Shown here: positions 60,694-64,000 of the stretch, one piece after another
Layout: each line of letters begins with the position of its first letter
How positions within the stretch are numbered: the stretch's first letter is position 1
Position numbers and translations under genes: made by a program
The notes under the pieces: model-generated
Database searches by the model: none
Told to the model about the DNA's origin: nothing
Seen by the model: only the letters and a program-made list of their open reading frames with translations
Source: Lingula anatina
Lineage: Eukaryota > Animalia > Brachiopoda
Length of the DNA stretch: 64,000 bases
Direction: 5' to 3'
Assembly: GCA_051362555.1 (NCBI GenBank)
Contig: CM120646.1
Coordinates: 14,012,001 to 14,076,000 of the forward strand

Positions 60694-63600
60694 ATGGCGG
60701 GCCCCTCCAAGGGAAACCCTCATGGACTTAAACAAATAGGACTTGATCAGATCTGGGATGATCTCAAAGCTGGAATTGAACATGTATACGAAAGACAGAG
60801 CATGGCTCGTACCAGATACATGGAGCTTTATACGTATCCTTTTATTTGACTACTTGAGGTCTTTTTATCTCCTAAAACAAATGGTCTGGACTAATCTATT
60901 TACTCCAAATGATTTATGATGAAGTAGAGATGTTTTATTATATTTCACTTATTGATTGATTGATTCACAGATGCCACAGAAAAAATACTGCATGTGTTAA
61001 CCTTGGCAGTTTCATTTTCAATGTGTATATGATTTCAATTTATGTGACCAAATAATTATTTTGTTAGGAATTATCAGTATGTTATGTAGCTTAATAAATG
61101 TCCTGATGCCCAGAAATAAAATTCTGTGAATTGACAGTGCTGTTACAACCAAAAAAAAAGTAAAACCTGCTATGATGTAAATGTCGGCCTTAACTGTCTG
61201 CCAGCCATGTGTATAACTACTGTACCAGTGTCCACCAGGCCTCTGGGAGCAGGGCATCCACCAAGTCCAAGAAAGGCCAGTCTGTGGGCGGAGCACAGTT
61301 TGTAGGACTAGAACTGTACAAGAGACTTAGGGAATTCTTAAAGAATTATTTAGTCAATTTGTTGAAGGTATGGTTGTGCCTTATGTCGTGTAGTTTTACT
61401 AATACGTAAATATTTCTGGAAAACACGCCAAAGTCTTAGAGGTTTTGTTTGCTGTAGAATAAGATTGTAAGTTCATCAAAATGGAATATTTGGACAACAA
61501 AGACAGTGACAACAGCTATTGATTAAAACCTGCAACTTTCAGGATGGTGAGGGCCTTATGGATGAAGGAGTACTTCAGTTCTATACTAAACAGTGGGAGG
61601 AATATCAGTTCTCAAGTAAGGTTCTTGATGGTATTTGCGCCTACCTCAATCGACACTGGGTCAGGAGGGAAATAGATGAAGGCAGGAAAGGAATTTATGA
61701 CATATATTCTGTAAGTTAGATGTGTGTGTAAATATATAATGAAATGTGAAGTGTATTTAAATACAAAATATTTTCTACAAGTTGAATAAAAATGTCCAGG
61801 GGAATGCTTTCTTAGTCTTCTCAATGAGAAATAAATTGAAAATTGATTAAGGTGATTTGTTGTAGTGTGTATTTTTTGGTTGTGAATTTTTTTTATGTTA
61901 ATGTGATTGTTATTTATTTTATTTTAAAAAACTTATTTAGTGAAATATTTTTAGATTTGTTCCATTACTTAACTCCCAAGGTGACATCCAGGAAGGAAAT
62001 AAATAAATGATGATACGTAAAATTGACCTCCCTATTTCAGCTGGCTTTGGTGACATGGAGAGAGCATCTTTTCAAGGTTCTGAACAAACAAGTAACTAAT
62101 GCCGTCCTGAAACTCATTGAGCGCGAGCGCCATGGGGAAACCATTAACACAAGGCTAGTCAGTGGTGTCATCAACTGTTATGGTATGTTGGTCTTAATCT
62201 TTTTTTTCTTAGATTGTATGTTACTGATTTGGAAGGTATTATATAGCTTAATTGATTTTCCAGTATGTAAATAAAGCTTTGTTTTGGGAAGTCAAATGCT
62301 TCACCAAGTCTAAATGGAAATGGAGTAAATGTGGTAATTTTGTTTAAGTAAGTTGTCAGCTCTGTAGTTCTTACTGTTCTAGCCACATTTGTTTAGTCAT
62401 ATTTTTAAGTCCCAGCTTTTTTTAATGCAATATACTTGTTAAGTTTTTTTTTTTTTTCTTTTTTTTTTTTTTTTATTGTTCATTCGAGTTGGAAACCAAA
62501 AAATAAATATTTTATATATGAATTTTCATTAGATGTGTCCTAATTTTCATTGTTATATTTCCTGCCAGTTGCCCTCGGCCTTAATGAAGAAGATCCCACA
62601 GCCAAGGGCCCCACGTTATCAGTGTATAAGGAGAACTTTGAGACCCCCTTCCTGGACGATACGGAGCGATTTTATACTAGAGAAAGCACAGAGTTCTTAC
62701 GGCAAAACCCAGTCACAGAGTATATGAAAAAGGTAAAAAAAATTAAATGTATTGTGTAAATGTTGCAGATTTAAAAATGAAAAGAGAAATAGTGTCCCAA
62801 GAGGCATGATGTGCAAAAAAGATTTGTAAGCTTAGTTATTTAAAAAAGAAAAAGAAAAAAGAAAAAACACACAGATCAGGAAGTTTGTGGTGTAAAGGAG
62901 CAAAAGTCTTCCATCTTTATTCCATGAACAAATGTTGGCTCTTGTTATGATGCCCTTTGTGCGAATGTAATGTCTGTAACAGCTGAAGATGATTGTGGAT
63001 CTGACAGATGTGATATAGAAGAAATCTGTAATTCTCTTCCTTGGTGAAAATCTTGGCAAGCTACAAATCTTGGAAATAGTTCTAACAGCTTGATGCAGAT
63101 GTCACACTCACTTTTTTTGTTAATAATGAGGGTAATTATGTAAGGTCAGTGACACTGAGAAAATGATTTCCTGGTAGAGCATGACCTCAAAAGTAACTGG
63201 GAACATAATAAGGAATCGTAATGATGCATTTGATTTATTGCTAGGAATATGGCACCATATTGTTAAGATATAATGTTGTGTTAGATAACTGTATGATGTA
63301 ATGATGTTATACTTTTATAATTGATAATTTTCAAGGCTTGTTTCTTGTTTCTTATTGTGGTTAAAAATTGAAAAAAAAGAATGAACAAAATGTATGAAGA
63401 AGTTGTGGTAATAAAGACCCAGAAGCCTGCTGTTAAGTACACCTTATGGATATTTTACCAACAAAGACTGGTACATCCCATTTTCATTTTTAGGCCGAGT
63501 CCAGACTCCAAGAGGAGACAAAACGTGTGCAGGTGTACTTGCACGAGAGCACGCAGGACGTCCTGGCACGTGTGTGCGAGAAGGTGCTGATAGAGAAACA

Positions 63601-64000
63601 CCTGGAAATATTTCATTCTGAGTTTCAGAATCTGCTGGACTCTGACAAAAATGATGGTGAGTTGTATTTATAATTATATTTATTTTGTAGTTTTTTAAGT
63701 ACTTTATATATTGGAGTCTTGATGAATGATATATCACTATCTTCAGAGAATTTTACAGTGCAAGTAGTTGTAGTTAAACAGCCTAATTGGAAGTCTACAT
63801 TTCTTTCAAGTTTATCATAACTGATGATAACAATAATCTTTTGTAAATGGTTTATAAATAAGTTATTGCTCATTTATGATTTATAACTTCTGATGAATAT
63901 TATCTTTTGTAAATTGCTTATAAATTGGTTACTGCTGACTACATGAATTATCCCCAACCCCTACCCCTTCGTTCACTTCAGATCTTGGCAGAATGTACCA
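60694..64000 (+). CDS. CUL1: Cullin-1 (5' part; continues beyond right edge)
   Basis: Exons 60694-60833 ([23 protein letters not shown]), 61205-61367 ([24 protein letters not shown]), 61543-61710 ([10 protein letters not shown]), 62041-62182, 62569-62732, 63494-63656, 63982->64000. Confidence 0.95.
60834..61204 (+). other. U12-type (minor spliceosome) GT-AG intron in CUL1
   Basis: 5' splice site GTATCCTTT; branch point CCTTAAC at 61188-61194, only 10 nt from the intron end; no polypyrimidine tract. Confidence 0.88.

Overview
AT-rich, intron-rich animal genomic DNA. I infer a bivalve mollusc, probably oyster-like, from the animal-type alternative oxidase, the gene structures and the repeat types. 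Eight spliced protein-coding genes can be reconstructed by hand: a multi-domain C-type lectin (mannose-receptor-like, minus strand, runs off the left edge), MDH1B (-), NIFK (+), TOMM70 (-), Na+/K+-ATPase alpha subunit (+), alternative oxidase AOX (-), DAZAP2 (-) and CUL1 (+, runs off the right edge). Six of them form three head-to-head pairs. The most striking structure is in the Na+/K+-ATPase alpha gene. It has four tandem 114-bp paralogous copies of the exon encoding TM2 and the following linker, one of them missed by the ORF track, which looks like a mutually exclusive splicing cassette. The same gene has two candidate frame-preserving 9-nt microexons and a branched stem-loop in the 3' UTR. 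Other features: a U12-type intron in CUL1, a CACTA/EnSpm-like element with a nested degenerate Gypsy LTR element (strongly asymmetric CpG decay) in AOX intron 1, double-hairpin repeats in a lectin intron, and several MITEs. Exon coordinates were read manually and may be off by a few bases.
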